DNA of 64,000 nt, taken from positions 108,192 to 172,191 of the forward strand of contig CAXXFK010000032.1 in NCBI GenBank assembly GCA_963663965.2, read 5' to 3'. The first letter of the stretch is position 1. Each line of letters begins with the position of its first letter. The translations under genes and the position numbers were made by a program. Below, in pieces: positions 9,928 to 23,085 of the stretch. This stretch comes from Sedimentisphaerales bacterium (GTDB lineage: Bacteria; Planctomycetota; Phycisphaerae; Sedimentisphaerales; SM23-30). Below the pieces are notes generated by a model. It was not told where the DNA came from, made no database searches, and saw only the letters and a program-made list of their open reading frames with translations.

Positions 9928-12900
9928 ATGATAAAGTTTAAATCTTTTGATTTGTATTGGATCATATCTGTCTGCATTGCCTTATCCTCACTCGCATCCG
10001 GAGCCATTATCTACGTAGATGACAATGCGCCCGGTTCCAATAACGGGACCTCCTGGGCCCACGCCTATCGCTCATTACAATCGGCCCTGAATGCGGCGAC
10101 TTCGGGCGCCAATATCTGGGTAGCCGCAGGGACTTACAAACCGTCCAGTAGCGATCCGGCAGTCAGCTTCACCCTGAAAAACGGGGTCAAACTCTATGGA
10201 GGTTTCGCCGGAAACGAACCGTCGAACTACAATCTCAACCATCGCGATCTCGAGAATAATGTCAGCTTATTATACGGCTTGCTGGGGAGCAATACCTACT
10301 CCTACAATATTGTATATGCCGGCGGATTGAGTGAAGCAACCGTATTGGATGGATTTGAGATTCAGGGCAGCGTGGCTCAAGGCAGTGCCGCCGCCCAGCA
10401 GTGCGGCGGTGGCATCTACTGCAATAACAGTTCAATGGTCATATCGAACTGCCGCTTTACCTTCAATTCGGCCCTCGATAAAGGGGGCGCCATCTACGTC
10501 AACGGCAGTAACAGTCCCAAAATCAGAAATTGCCAATTCATGTTTAATACCGGCATCAACGGCGGTGGTGCGATTTATGTCTATGGGGTAAATTCCAATC
10601 TTGAGATTGTCAACTGTGAGTTCATCTTTAATATGTCCCATCGATACGGGGCCGGACTCTACCTGTATAACAGTAGCGGCACCATTGCCAACTGCGCCTT
10701 CGGGAAAAACCGGGAATACGACGCCGGTTATCACTCTTACGGCGGCGGCATGATGGTGCACGCCTATAATAACACCTGGTTTTACAGCATGACCATTCCG
10801 GTCAATATCATCAACTGCTCGTTCTATGGCAACAGCACCAATACCGCAGGAGGCGTGTATGCCCAGTCCGACTATGCCGGTTTTCTGGGCTCAACCTATC
10901 TCAATTTAAATATTCTGAATAGTATCATCTATAACAATCCCGGCGGTGAAATCGCCCAGGTCCAGAATGGCGCCGGAGGAATCACCCTCAATGTGCAATG
11001 CTGTGATGTCAAGGGAGGCTATAGCGGATTGGGAAATTTCGATACCAATCCCCAATTTATCGATACCTATTCGGATGATAGCGACTATGAACTCGATTTA
11101 CGCTTGAAATACTATTCACCCTGTCTGGACCGGGGCGATAATGCCTATGTACTCTCCGGTTACAACGATACCGATCCCGATGGCCACAATCGGATACTGG
11201 ATGCCAACCGTGATGGTCTGGCGGCTGTGGATATCGGCGCCTATGAATATGTCGATGGCGGTCCCAGAACCATTTTTGTCAACGCCTCGGCCGCCGGCGG
11301 CGATGGATTGAGCTGGCCCCAGGCATTTCGTTATCTCCAGGATGCCCTGGGAGCGGCCCTGCCTGGTGATACTGTCTGGATCGCCAAAGGCAGTTACCAG
11401 ACAGATCGGGGCAATGGCATATCCGCCGGTGACCGAAACAGTAATTTCCTCCTGAAAAATAATGTCAAATTATACGGCGGCTTCGCCGGTTATGAAGATC
11501 CCGCCACCTTCGATCTGAACGCTCGTGATTTCACTACTAATGATACCCGGTTGCATGGCAATATCGGCTCCTCAGCGGTATCGGATAATGCCTATCATGT
11601 GCTTCAGGTTGCCGCCAACGCCCAGGCGGTGGTCGTGGACGGCTTTGAAATTGCCGGCGGTAACAGTTCCAGCGCCTCCAGTCCCGGCGACCGGGGAGGC
11701 GGTATTTTAATCAACAGCAATGCCAGAGTCGATATTCACAACTGTATTTTTGTCTCCAACCAGGCCGACCGCGACGGAGGCGCCCTGTATAGTTATTCCG
11801 GCGCCCTGCTCGATATCCGCAACTGCGTATTCGAAAATAATTACGCCCATAATTACAGCGGCGGCGCGATCTATGTCAATACCATCAACAGCGCGTCATT
11901 AATTCTGGGCTGTATCTTCAACGATAATCAGGTCGGCGGCTCATCCTACGGTGGAGCCGCCATCACCAACGCCTCAGCCAGTTATTCAATCATTAATTGC
12001 GTATTCCTGCATAACACCGCCGGCTACCTTGGCGGCGGGATTTACAATCACATATCATCGCCAGACATCATTAATTGCACTTTCAACCTTAACCAGGCCG
12101 CCAACGGCGCATCGATCTACAATTACAATTCCTCTCCCCATATTTATAACTCCATTCTCTGGGGCAACACCGCAACCACGTCCGGTCTGGAACTGGAAAA
12201 TGCCACTGGCAGTGCTCCAGTGGTCACCAGGTGTAACGTAGCCGGCGGCTATGCCGGCGAAGGCAACATCGACGCCAACCCCGGCTTCATCGGCGCCACC
12301 TACCGAATTACCCGCAGTTCGCCCTGTGTGGATGCCGGTAACAACACCCTCATACCCGGCGACATCCTGCAGGATATCGAAGGGAATCCACGCTATATCG
12401 ACGGAGACGGTGATGGCAACGCGATCATCGATATGGGAGCATTTGAAACCTCAACCCGGCTGCATCTCTTCGTTAATGACAATGCCGCCGGCAACAACGA
12501 CGGCGCCAACTGGACCGACGCCTTCACCTCGCTGGCCGACGCTCTCACCCTGGCCGAAGGCGGCGACACGGTCTGGGTAGCCGGCGGAACCTACCAGACC
12601 GATTTCATCGCCGGCGCCAATACCGGCAATAAATATCTGAGCTTTGCCATCCCCAACGGCCTCAATCTCTACGGCGGTTTCGCCGGCAATGAAGATCCGG
12701 CCGGTTTCGACCTGTCAACACGAGATTTCGTTACCAACGAAACCATCTTAACCGGTGAAATCAACGATCTGAACAGTATCGAAGACAACGCCCTTCATGT
12801 CCTCAAAGCCGAAAACCTTTCCGCCGCAACCATGCTGGATGGCTTCACCATTACCGGCGGTTATGCCGACGACGATGAATCAGACAATCTCTGGAGTCGC

Positions 12901-15900
12901 GCCGAGGCGGTGGACTGTATTGCGCGGACTCGGCCCTGTTGATTGCCAATTGCAACTTCATCGAAAACACCGCGCTGGAAAACGGCGGCGGACTCTATTA
13001 CATCGGTGACACCATACCAACGCTGTCAAATTGCCGCTTTATTCTTAATCAGGCCCGCTGGTGAAGGCGGCGGTGCGTATTTAACCTTCCAATCCCCTCT
13101 CGCCCCGGATATCATCAAATGTGAATTTATCGCCAACCACGCCGAAACAGCCGGCGGCGGTTTATCCCTCTTCTACAGTAACGCAAACCTGACCAACTGC
13201 CTGTTCAAAAACAACACCACCTCCGGCAACGGCGCGGGTCTCTATAACACGATCAGCTCACCAACCATTCTCAACGCCTCCTTCTATAACAACCAGGCAA
13301 CCGGAACCGGCGGAGCCATATATAACGATACCTCCTCGTCCCAACCCAGCCTGCTCAATAGCATTTTCTGGGACGACAGCCCCGATGAGATCGCCGGAGC
13401 TGGCGAAGCAACCGCGCAATATTGCGACATCAAGGGCGGCTTCGACGGGCATTGGCATCATCAATAGCGATCCACAGTTCATCAGCGCCGAAAACCTGAC
13501 CCTGCGCGCCGTCTCGCCCCTGTATCGATCAGGGCGTCAATGACTGGATACCCGATTCTCTCCAAACTGACCTGGCCGGCCGTCGAACGAATCCTCGACG
13601 GCAACCGCGACAAGGTCAAAGTCCGTTGACCTGGGTGCCTACGAAAGCGATATCGTCTCATCCCTGCAACGGGAAGTATGGGTTGATGATGACTACAGCG
13701 CCGGCGGCCTCAACGATGGCCATCAATGGGGGATCGACGCCTTCGATAATATCCAGGATGGGATCAACGCGATTAATCCGGCCGATCCAACCGATTTGAA
13801 TCTCTGGCCCCTGCCCGGCGTGGTCAATGTATTGCCTGGCGCCTATTACGAAAATATTCAACTGAAACGCTTTGTCCAGATTCACGGGGCCGGCGCGGAC
13901 ACAACGACACTCGTCGGCCTCGGCAACAACTCAGTTATAACCGCCCAGACCGTCACAGAAACCACCATAATCCGCGGCCTGACGATCACCGGCGGCACCG
14001 GCCGCGAAATCGATGATGGCTGGGGAACGATCACCCGCTACGGCGGCGCGGTCTTCTGTTCCAGTATCGGTTCACCGACATTCATCAACTGTGTCTTCTG
14101 CAACAACAGCGCCGATTACGGCGGCGGTATCTACACCATTTCCTCCGCGCCCAACTTTATCAACTGCACCTTCTCTGACAACAGCGCCAATGAAAAAGGA
14201 GCCGTTATCTACAGTACCCTGGGATATAAACCCACCTTCACCAACTGTATTCTCTGGGACCAGCCAACCGCCCCCGTCAAGGAAATCGAATACGACTGGT
14301 ATGAAGCCGCCCCCCTCGTCACCTGTTGCGATGTCTACCTGGAAAATGCCTCCAGTTCCTATTTCGGCGCCGGCAATATCAATCAGGATCCCCAGTTCAC
14401 CGACACCGGACCGGGCGGATTCCACATAAGCAATTCATCGCCCTGTATCGATGCCGGTTATAACGGCGCCATGTTCCTGCCGGATACCGATTTCGAAGGT
14501 CAACTTCGGGTATGTGATGGCAATTTCGATCAGATCCCGGTCTGTGATATCGGTGCGGATGAATTGATACAATCGGGTTACGTACCACCTGCCCTGGTTT
14601 GGGTGGATGATAACTGGGCCGCAACAGCCATCATCGGAGCAGACCCGGACGGTCCCGGCCCGGCCGAACGGTTTGGTTATGATTCGTTTGGCACGATCCA
14701 GGAAGCCATCGGCGCCGTCGCTCCCGGCGGCACGGTTCGCGTTCTGGCCGGCGCTTATGATGAACGTTTATATCTGCGCTCCGGCGTTGCGGTCATCGGT
14801 GCCGGCATAGACCTCTCCATCATCGATCGCAACTACACCGATACCGGCGCCACTTTTGTCTTCACCAACGCCGACACCCGGCTGGAAGGATTCACCCTGA
14901 GCCGCTGCAAAGGATCTCTCGATGGCGGCGGGGCCATCTTTATGCTGGGCGCCGATTCCACCATCGCCAACTGCGCCCTCCGGGATAACCAGGCGGACGC
15001 TTTCGGCGGCGGCATGCGCTGCTGGTTTTCCAGCCCGCTTATCTACAATGTCGAGTTCACCCGCAACCTGACGGGATTAAACACCCAGGGCTATGGTTCC
15101 GGTCTCAGTTGCCGCGAATCAACCGCCATGGTAGTCAATTGCATCTTCACCCGAAACGAAAAAGGCGCCGGCGATCACGAACATTTCGGCGCCGCAATTT
15201 ACAGCGAACTCTCCACCTGCACCATCCTGAACGGCACATTCTACCGCAACACAGCCAATTCCGGCGGCGGCTCGGTCTATAGCGGCCTGGAATCAGACCT
15301 GACCATCACCAACTCTATTCTCTGGCGGAATCTGCCTGATGAAATTGTCAGTTCATCGGAGAAAACTACCGTCTCATACAGCAATGTCTATCAAACTGCC
15401 GGCCTCTATCCCGGCGACGGAAACATCAATGCCGATCCCTTGTATACCGACGCCAACAACGGCGATTTCCGGTTAAAGGTCGGGTCGCCCTGTATCGATA
15501 CCGGTCTGGATGCGGCGGTCCCGATCTGGCTCACCTGGGATTTCCAAGGGGATCAGCGCAAGTTTGATTATCCCGAAGTCCCCACCCCGGACCATGCCCA
15601 ATCGGTCGATATGGGCGCCGATGAATTGGTGATACACGCCCTTGATGTCACCACCGCCCCACTAACCGACTTAACCGACATCAGCGCCCTGGGCGGCGGT
15701 TCGGTTTCCAGCCCCGTTACGGTGGAGGTAACCGAACGGGGACTCTGCTTTAACACCATTGGCAATCCCACCATCGCCGACGAAACGGTAACTGCCGGCT
15801 CGGGTCTTGGCGATTTCACCGCCCCACTCGACACCCTCACCCCCAATACCACCTATTATGTCAAGGCCTACGCCATTCAGTCGGACCTGGTCTTCTATGG

Positions 15901-17476
15901 TGAATCGATCACATTCAAAACACATGGCCCCCCGCTCATCACCACCGACGAAGTCACCGATATCGACGCTACCCAGGCCCTCTGCACCGCCACGATCACG
16001 GATGAAAACGGAGCCGCCATCAGCGAACGCGGCATCTGCTGGAACCTCTCCGGCGATCCGGATATCAACGATAACATTATTTTCGACCAGACCGACACCG
16101 CCCGGTTCAGCTGCCACATAACCGGCCTCGATCCCAATACTACCTGTTATGTCCGCGGATGGGCCTCAAATGCCTGCGGAACCGGCTACGGGACCATCCT
16201 GGAATTCACAACCTCAGAATTTCCCACTACCGTCTGGGTGGATGATGACTTCTCCCCCGACCCGGCCGACAACGACGGCCATACCTGGCAGTTTGATGCC
16301 TTCAATAATATCCAGCAGGCCATCAGTGCCGTCAATAAACCCGGCGGCGCCGTTCATATCAATCCGGGCGTCTATTACGAGAATATTCTTCTAACCAACG
16401 ATGAATCCCTGCTTTACAACGACCTCCAGTTAATCGGCGCCGGCCCGCACAATACCATCATCGACGGCGGCTGCAACAACCCCGTTTTGACGTTACAAGC
16501 CGTATCCTCCTGCACCATCCAGGGCCTCACCCTCCGCAACGGCAGCGGCCGCAGCCTCCAGGATAACCCCGATCTCGCCGAAGAAACCTACGGCGGCGGT
16601 CTCTTCCTGGCCACCAGTTCTCCTGTTGTTCTCGACTGTATCTTCGAACAGAACTCCGCCACTGTTCACGGCGGCGCGATTTTTGGTTTCCTGGGCTCCT
16701 ACCCCTTTATCAACCGCTGCATCTTCCGGCACAACACCGCCGGACTCTATGGCGGCGCGATCTGTAATTATGCCGCCATTGTCACCGGAGATCAGGCCCC
16801 CGAAATCAGCAATTGCCTCTTTACCGACAATCAGGCCGTGTTCGGCGGCGCCATTGCCAATGATAATTCTTATTTCGTCACGATCAACTCCTGCACCTTC
16901 ACCAGCAACCATGTCGTGCCATTGCCCGGCGTCTATGAAAACAACACCGGCGGCGCGCTCTTCAATGCCGCTTCCCTGGTAAATCTCTACAACAGCATCA
17001 TCTGGGCCAACGACCCCAACCAGATCGAAAGCGCTGCCGGCAGTATCACGACCGTCCAATATTGCGATGTCCAGGGTGGCTACGGAACCACCGAAGATCA
17101 CAACATCGATCTCGATCCCCAGTTCACCAGTCTCGACTCCCTCCAGCCGGCCCCCGGCTCGCCGGTTATCGACGCCGGCAATAACGACCTGATCCCGGAC
17201 AATATCACCACCGACCTGACCGGCTACGACCGGATCGCCGACGGCAACTGTGACAATACCATCCTCACCGATATGGGCGCTTACGAACTCAACTTCGCCC
17301 GCTCCGGCGACTGCGACGGCGACTGCGATATCGACCTGGCCGACTTCGACACCCTGTCCAACTCCTGGTACGATGACACCTGCAACGATTGCCCGGCCGA
17401 TATCAACGATGACCAATCCGTCGACCTGATAGACCTCTACATCCAGGCCGCCAATTGGCTGCTGGGAGTTCAATAA
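9928..17476 (+). CDS. giant (~2,500 aa) secreted beta-helix repeat protein with choice-of-anchor-Q-like module ends, two FN3-like domains and a dockerin-like tail; split by ~6 indels at 12.9-13.65 kb
   Basis: Signal peptide; six modules with GGAI/FxxN repeats, each ending SPCIDAG...DMGAYE-like; ERGxCW/F...L.PNTTYYV FN3-like units; GDCDGDCDIDLADF..DINDDQSVDLIDL tail; motifs read through across the ORF breaks. Confidence 0.8.
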
Positions 17477-17609
17477 AATAGAGACTGAATAAAGACCGCT
17501 TAAGGATTCTGCACCCGCTGCTCATGAAAATGGGAGAGTTTACCCACACGGTTTTATCTTTTAAACCATTATGCGTCAATATCAATAATTATCACACTGG
17601 GCGTATCTT

Positions 17610-18095
17610 CTAATCTGGTGAATACTCACTCTCCACCACCACCCCATCTCTGGTCTTGAAGATAATAGCCGTACAATTCCCCGCTTGCTGAGACATCAGT
17701 GAGACATGAATCCTGTTCTCCTCTTCAGTAATCCTGGGAAGCACAAAACCGCTCCCATCATACGCCTCTGTCACAACCCGCTCAATGGCATCGGCGGGCG
17801 TCCCCACCGGGATCCTCAACCAGGCCGCCCGCAGAATCCGTTCCGAAGGAGCCGGCAGCACGAAATTCGCCGCCAGTACCCCAAACACCACCACCCCAAC
17901 CCAGATGGCCTGTTGCTTCTTAATACTCGTGGCCCATACCCCATAGAATAACAGAGCCGCCATAACACAAAACAATAAATACCGATAAGTAAACGCAACA
18001 ACCCCCATCCACTGGTCCAGACCATATACGAACCATACCACAAAAGCAAGCAAACCAGTTAATAACACAACCAGGAACGTTTTCATATCAAACAC
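17610..18095 (-). CDS. hypothetical membrane protein
   Basis: Three hydrophobic segments followed by a small soluble domain; alternative ATG at 18086. Confidence 0.6.
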   Translation of the reverse strand: MFDMKTFLVVLLTGLLAFVVWFVYGLDQWMGVVAFTYRYLLFCVMAALLFYGVWATSIKKQQAIWVGVVVFGVLAANFVLPAPSERILRAAWLRIPVGTPADAIERVVTEAYDGSGFVLPRITEEENRIHVSLMSQQAGNCTAIIFKTRDGVVVESEYSPD

Positions 18096-18414
18096 CTGAC
18101 AAGTTTTCTTCTGTATTCAACTCTGATATTATATAATTCTTTATATAAGAACAGGTATTCCATTTAAACTTTGATGATTATATAAAATTACTTCCCTGAA
18201 GTCAAATCTACCTTTTTCAGTGACGCTGCCCCAACTTTCACATCTCCGATCTAATTTCCTGCTGTAATTGTGAATTTTCATTTTGGCAAAATTTTATCTT
18301 GAATGGTATACCGTTTACGTTTGAAAATACCCGCTGGGCCGTAAAATAAGTCTTTTACGAGTCATTACTTATGTTGCGAGCGACCGGGCATTCCATACCC
18401 ATTGGGTATAATAA

Positions 18415-18993
18415 TCAAAACGGCCTGATTTCACCCCAATGCGCGACCGGCTTCGCCTGACCACCAATCCTTGCCGCGCGATAGGTGGTAATGAGAAATT
18501 CTCTAGATGACTTATCTTCTCCCCCCTGGGATAAAACCAACGAAATCCGCATCAAACCATCGTATCGATTGTAATCCTCAACGGTCACTTCTCTATGGTT
18601 TCGATCATAAAAATAAAATTGCAATTCCTGTATTGTTCCTCCAATCATCTCCATCTCCCCGCATCGTCCATAATACAGATTCCCATCACAACCGGTTCGA
18701 CAAATCTGAATATTGCCGGCGCTATCTCGAAATCGAATAAATCCCATCCCATCACGGGAATTCCTCACTTCCAGCACTTGCGCGATACGAGACAACTGGG
18801 TATATAAAAAGTCGCGCAGCAATCGCTCCTTTTTATCCATACGATCGGCTGCTGTTGTCATCGCATCCACGGATGATATCATGCGCACTGGAGGCGCGAA
18901 AACCACCCATAGCACCCAAAAGATGGCAATCCCGATGATCGTTTCAATCGGCGTCCATGAATGATATTTAACTTGACCAGACCGCCATGACAT
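18415..18993 (-). CDS. pilin/pseudopilin-like protein
   Basis: S|WTPIETIIGIAIFWVLW with Glu at +5 and a hydrophobic helix; GAGGA RBS; follows a pilin gene. Confidence 0.55.
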   Translation of the reverse strand: MSWRSGQVKYHSWTPIETIIGIAIFWVLWVVFAPPVRMISSVDAMTTAADRMDKKERLLRDFLYTQLSRIAQVLEVRNSRDGMGFIRFRDSAGNIQICRTGCDGNLYYGRCGEMEMIGGTIQELQFYFYDRNHREVTVEDYNRYDGLMRISLVLSQGGEDKSSREFLITTYRAARIGGQAKPVAHWGEIRPF

Positions 18994-19005
18994 GATTGGA
19001 TTCCT

Positions 19006-19347
19006 CTATTGCCAATGAGTACAACCGACGCGATGGTTCTTGGAATTATAGTAATAGTTCCCTCCCAAAGGGCACCTGAGCGGACCATCAGGAAAAAATT
19101 CACTGGGGCGCTCTGGAGTCCCCAATACGCGAACTATCCACTCGCTTTCGGTTAATTCATGATCCGCCTGGTTCGCTTCCAATAATTGACCGGTGGCATA
19201 ATCCAGCATTTCCAAATTGGTCGCGCAACATTTTTTATCTCCATTACTGGCGCTTTGGGCCAGTTTGGGTATTGATATCAATGCGATAGCAATTAGAAAA
19301 ATGCCTGTGATCAGTATTTCCAGATTGGATAAACCCTGGTTTCTCAT
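19006..19347 (-). CDS. type IV pilin-like protein
   Basis: MRNQG|LSNLEILI class III signal (G-1, E+5); C..N motif and C-terminal CPLGGNYYY...CTH. Confidence 0.75.
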   Translation of the reverse strand: MRNQGLSNLEILITGIFLIAIALISIPKLAQSASNGDKKCCATNLEMLDYATGQLLEANQADHELTESEWIVRVLGTPERPSEFFPDGPLRCPLGGNYYYNSKNHRVGCTHWQ

Positions 19348-19377
19348 AGCCTGACAATCGGCCCATCCGTATTTTGA

Positions 19378-19566
19378 TTAATGGGTTATCCCGATAGCCG
19401 TCTGATTATCCGGTTGCATGGGTGGATTTCGGTATTTCTCGCTTTTTTCCACGGCTTGCAAACAGCACCAGATGGCCGCTTTGGTCTTCGCGTCAATCTC
19501 TTTATCTTTCAATAACAGATTGGCTTCATCAATGAGTTTTTTTACATAATCTGGACCAAATCTCAT
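19378..19566 (-). CDS. small hypothetical protein
   Basis: ATG 19566 behind AAGGGAG; 62 aa, co-oriented with the pilin genes. Confidence 0.45.
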   Translation of the reverse strand: MRFGPDYVKKLIDEANLLLKDKEIDAKTKAAIWCCLQAVEKSEKYRNPPMQPDNQTAIGITH

Positions 19567-20050
19567 TGGGGGCTCTCCCTTCTTGGCTTTGTAATCCAAA
19601 GTATTATTTCAGTCACTATCGTTATACTCGACACAATCAACCACCCAATTTAAGATTAAACCCAATCCTGATCCGATAACCCCGTTTCTTGCCACTTTAT
19701 CGGACCTCTTACCGAGATAGATTCTTTTAGCCCGCCGATAGCCATCCCGGTTGCCTTATGAGATATCACATTAAATGCTCAACCTGTTTCAGGAAATTGA
19801 CAGATGTGATTCATAAAAAATACCTGGAAAATTATCAAGCGAACCTTACCGTACCAGAAACAAACAGATAGCATCAATGCATTCTGTACCTGGCGGATGA
19901 AGGAATCATGTTATTCCGCCCTGACCGATACCTTGAATCGGATGGACAGAAAAATCCTGAAACAATAAGAGCGCCAGTCCTATTGATTTTCGCAGCGAGT
20001 CTGCGCGATAAAGCAGCAGCAAGGCCGTGATAGTAAACTCCAATTGGTCT

Positions 20051-21358
20051 CTAGGTTAACTTCAGTAAGCCGGGCAACCAGGTTGCGAGTTCCGGTATAT
20101 AGGTACATATCAGCAACGTGATGATCATTGCGGCATAAAAGGGAAGGATATGCTTCATGACCTTTGTCACGGATGTTTCAGCGATACCACAGCCCAAAAA
20201 CAGGCAGGTGCCAACCGGAGGCGTACATAAGCCAATGCAGAGATTCATAATGATGATAATCCCGAAATGCAAAGGCGAAATGCCGAATTGTTTGACGACC
20301 GGCAAAAAGATGGGTGTAAAAATCAATACGGCCGGTGTCATGTCCATAAAAGTACCCACCGCCAGCAAAATCAAATTGATGATTAATAAAATAATGACCT
20401 TATTATCGCTCAAACTTAATAATTGCGCCGTAATCGTCTGCGGCAGATTCTCTTCCGCCATCAGCCAGCTCATCGCCATACTGGTCGCGATCAGTAAAAA
20501 CACGACAGAGGTCATCACGCCGCATTGCAGAAAGATCCCCGGCAACTCTTTCAATTTGACTTCTTTATAGATAAAAGCCAGAATCGCTGCGTATAGAACA
20601 GCGATAGCGGATGCTTCCGTGGCAGTAAACCATCCCAGCAAAATTCCGCCGATTACGACGATGACCAATCCTAACGCAGGCAAGGCGCCCAGGAATCGGA
20701 TAAAGCCCTCTTCAAAAGAGAAAGACTCACCCTTGCCATAATTGTGTTTGACGGAGATGAAACCGCTCACCAGGATCAAACCCAGGCCCACTAAAACACC
20801 TGGCAATACGCCGGCGATAAATATTGCCGCGATGGAGACGATTCCGCCGGTCGCCAGAGAATAAACAATCATCACATTACTGGGAGGAATCAACAAACCC
20901 GTAGTGGCCGCCGTGACGGTCACTGCAGCATTAAAATCCCGATCATAGCCCATTTTGTTCATCAGCGGGACCATAAATCCACCCACCGAAGAAACGGCGG
21001 CCGCCGCGGATCCACTGATTGCGCCAAACAGCATACAGGTCACGATATTCACAAAGGCCAGACCGCCTTTGAAACGCCCTACCAGCACATTCGCGAAATC
21101 GATCAACCGGCGCGCAATACCTCCATGTCCCATAAACAAACCCGACAAAATAAAAAACGGAATGGCCAGCAGGGAAAACTCATCAATTCCCGTCGCCATC
21201 TTATGCGCCACCGCCACAAAGGCCGGCATCCCGCCATACATCAGATCAACAACGAGCATGGCCAGTACGGTCGCAATTCCCATACAGAATGCCACCGGGA
21301 CGTTCAACACCAACAACACAATAAAAGTTACAATCAGCACTAATACGGCTAATGACAT
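20051..21358 (-). CDS. dctM: TRAP transporter large permease
   Basis: LLAIPFFILSG, GAISGSAAA, LIPPS, TPPVG motifs; start MSLAVL at 21358. Confidence 0.95.
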   Translation of the reverse strand: MSLAVLVLIVTFIVLLVLNVPVAFCMGIATVLAMLVVDLMYGGMPAFVAVAHKMATGIDEFSLLAIPFFILSGLFMGHGGIARRLIDFANVLVGRFKGGLAFVNIVTCMLFGAISGSAAAAVSSVGGFMVPLMNKMGYDRDFNAAVTVTAATTGLLIPPSNVMIVYSLATGGIVSIAAIFIAGVLPGVLVGLGLILVSGFISVKHNYGKGESFSFEEGFIRFLGALPALGLVIVVIGGILLGWFTATEASAIAVLYAAILAFIYKEVKLKELPGIFLQCGVMTSVVFLLIATSMAMSWLMAEENLPQTITAQLLSLSDNKVIILLIINLILLAVGTFMDMTPAVLIFTPIFLPVVKQFGISPLHFGIIIIMNLCIGLCTPPVGTCLFLGCGIAETSVTKVMKHILPFYAAMIITLLICTYIPELATWLPGLLKLT

Positions 21359-21359
21359 A

Positions 21360-21890
21360 TCAGACTTCCTTACCTGAATCGTTTGAGTTGGTACCGCTAT
21401 TCGTGTCTTGAACACGCTTCAAGGCGTTCAGTCGTTCAGACAATCCCAATAAAGAATACAAAACCATAAAACTTCCGCTAATCGGCACCGCCAGATAAAC
21501 ATAGCCCATTTTCAATTTCAATGCCGGGGATATCTGACCCAGATCGAAAATCGTTTTCACCAGATCGATCCCTCCATAAACCATGACCAGGGCGGAAAAC
21601 AGCGCGATACAGATAAAAACAAAGACTTCCGTTCCAATCCGGGTTCGCTGAGGCAGTTTACTGACGAAATAATCGATGCCCAGATGAGCGCCCCGGCCCA
21701 AGGCGACGGCGCCTCCCAGCAACGCCACCCAGATTAATAAGAAAGTGGCCATTTCTTCCGTCCATTTACTGGGGGATCGCATGATAAAACGAGTGAATAC
21801 CTGCCACAATACATCCAGCACCAGCACCGCCACTGATATCATCAACAGCACTTCCAGTATTTTATCCAGAATGAGTTTCAATTGCTTCAT
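21360..21890 (-). CDS. dctQ: TRAP transporter small permease
   Basis: QVFTRF, WTEE, HLGID, SPAL motifs; 4 TM. Confidence 0.93.
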   Translation of the reverse strand: MKQLKLILDKILEVLLMISVAVLVLDVLWQVFTRFIMRSPSKWTEEMATFLLIWVALLGGAVALGRGAHLGIDYFVSKLPQRTRIGTEVFVFICIALFSALVMVYGGIDLVKTIFDLGQISPALKLKMGYVYLAVPISGSFMVLYSLLGLSERLNALKRVQDTNSGTNSNDSGKEV

Positions 21891-21894
21891 GGTT

Positions 21895-22878
21895 TTAATG
21901 TACCTCTTGTATTTGTTCGATCAACTGACCGATTTCCGTACCCTCAAATTCTTTCCAGATGGGTCGGACCGATTCTCGAAAAGGTTCTTTATCGGGATAA
22001 ATAACTTCCACACCCTCCGCCTTCACCGCTTCCAAATCCGCTTTTTCCGCCTCCGCCCACAATGTGATATTGTAATCAACCGCTTCTTCAATCGATTCAG
22101 TCAATATCTGCTGAAATTCCTCGGATAACTCGTCCCATACCCGGGTACTCATTAATAGCATATCCGGTAAACGCGTATGTTCATCGAGACTGTAATAGTT
22201 GCAGATTTTATAATGCTGACTGGTCTTATACGAAGGCGGATTATTCTCCGCGGCATCCACAACGCCCTGATCCAGCGACGTATAAAGCTCACCCCACGCG
22301 ATCGGCGTCGGCGATCCCCCCATGGCGTCAATCATTTTTGTGGCCATCACACTTTTCATCACGCGTACTTTCAACCCCTTTAAATCCGCCGGAGTATTAA
22401 TGGGCTTTTTCGCATAGAAGCTGCGCGCGCCCGCGTCAAAATAACACAATCCTTTCAGACGATAATTAACCCCCGCTTCCAATAACGCCTTCCCGATAGG
22501 TCCCCGGGCCACTTTCCAGAAATGTTCGGCATCCCGAAAAAGATACGGTACCCCAAAAACCTTCAACTCTGGTACAAATCCCTCCAAAGGCCCGGTTGAC
22601 GTTTTGGTCATGGCCAGATAACCCAGTTGCAATGCCTCGATACATTCTTTTTCAGTACCCAGTTGCTCACTGGGATAAATCTCCACAATTAAACGGCCGC
22701 CTGATTTCTCCTTCACCCGCTCAGCCATAAACACCATCGTCTTATGGACCGGGTGTTCCGTATTCAAACCATGGGCCAGTTTCAGAATTCGCTCTGCTTT
22801 GGCTTCTTCTTGCTTCTCACAACCCACTGCTAAACATAATCCCATAAATAACAATAAGATAAATAAATATCGATTCAT
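21895..22878 (-). CDS. dctP: TRAP substrate-binding protein (lipoprotein)
   Basis: AVGC lipobox; LKLAHGL, DLKGLKVRV, ELYTSLDQGVVDAAEN. Confidence 0.95.
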   Translation of the reverse strand: MNRYLFILLLFMGLCLAVGCEKQEEAKAERILKLAHGLNTEHPVHKTMVFMAERVKEKSGGRLIVEIYPSEQLGTEKECIEALQLGYLAMTKTSTGPLEGFVPELKVFGVPYLFRDAEHFWKVARGPIGKALLEAGVNYRLKGLCYFDAGARSFYAKKPINTPADLKGLKVRVMKSVMATKMIDAMGGSPTPIAWGELYTSLDQGVVDAAENNPPSYKTSQHYKICNYYSLDEHTRLPDMLLMSTRVWDELSEEFQQILTESIEEAVDYNITLWAEAEKADLEAVKAEGVEVIYPDKEPFRESVRPIWKEFEGTEIGQLIEQIQEVH

Positions 22879-23085
22879 AATATCCTGCTCGATTATTACC
22901 TGATTAAATTATCTCAATACTCGATATAATTGACTTACAATACTGCATAACTTTATCAACGTCAAGTTTTTATCCAGAAATACTCTCCCTCACATTGACT
23001 TTGATTTATGAAAAGGTATCATTAATCATAATAAACGATAATAACCCTGTTATTGTTTCATGTTTTTATTACCCAGGAGGACCCG

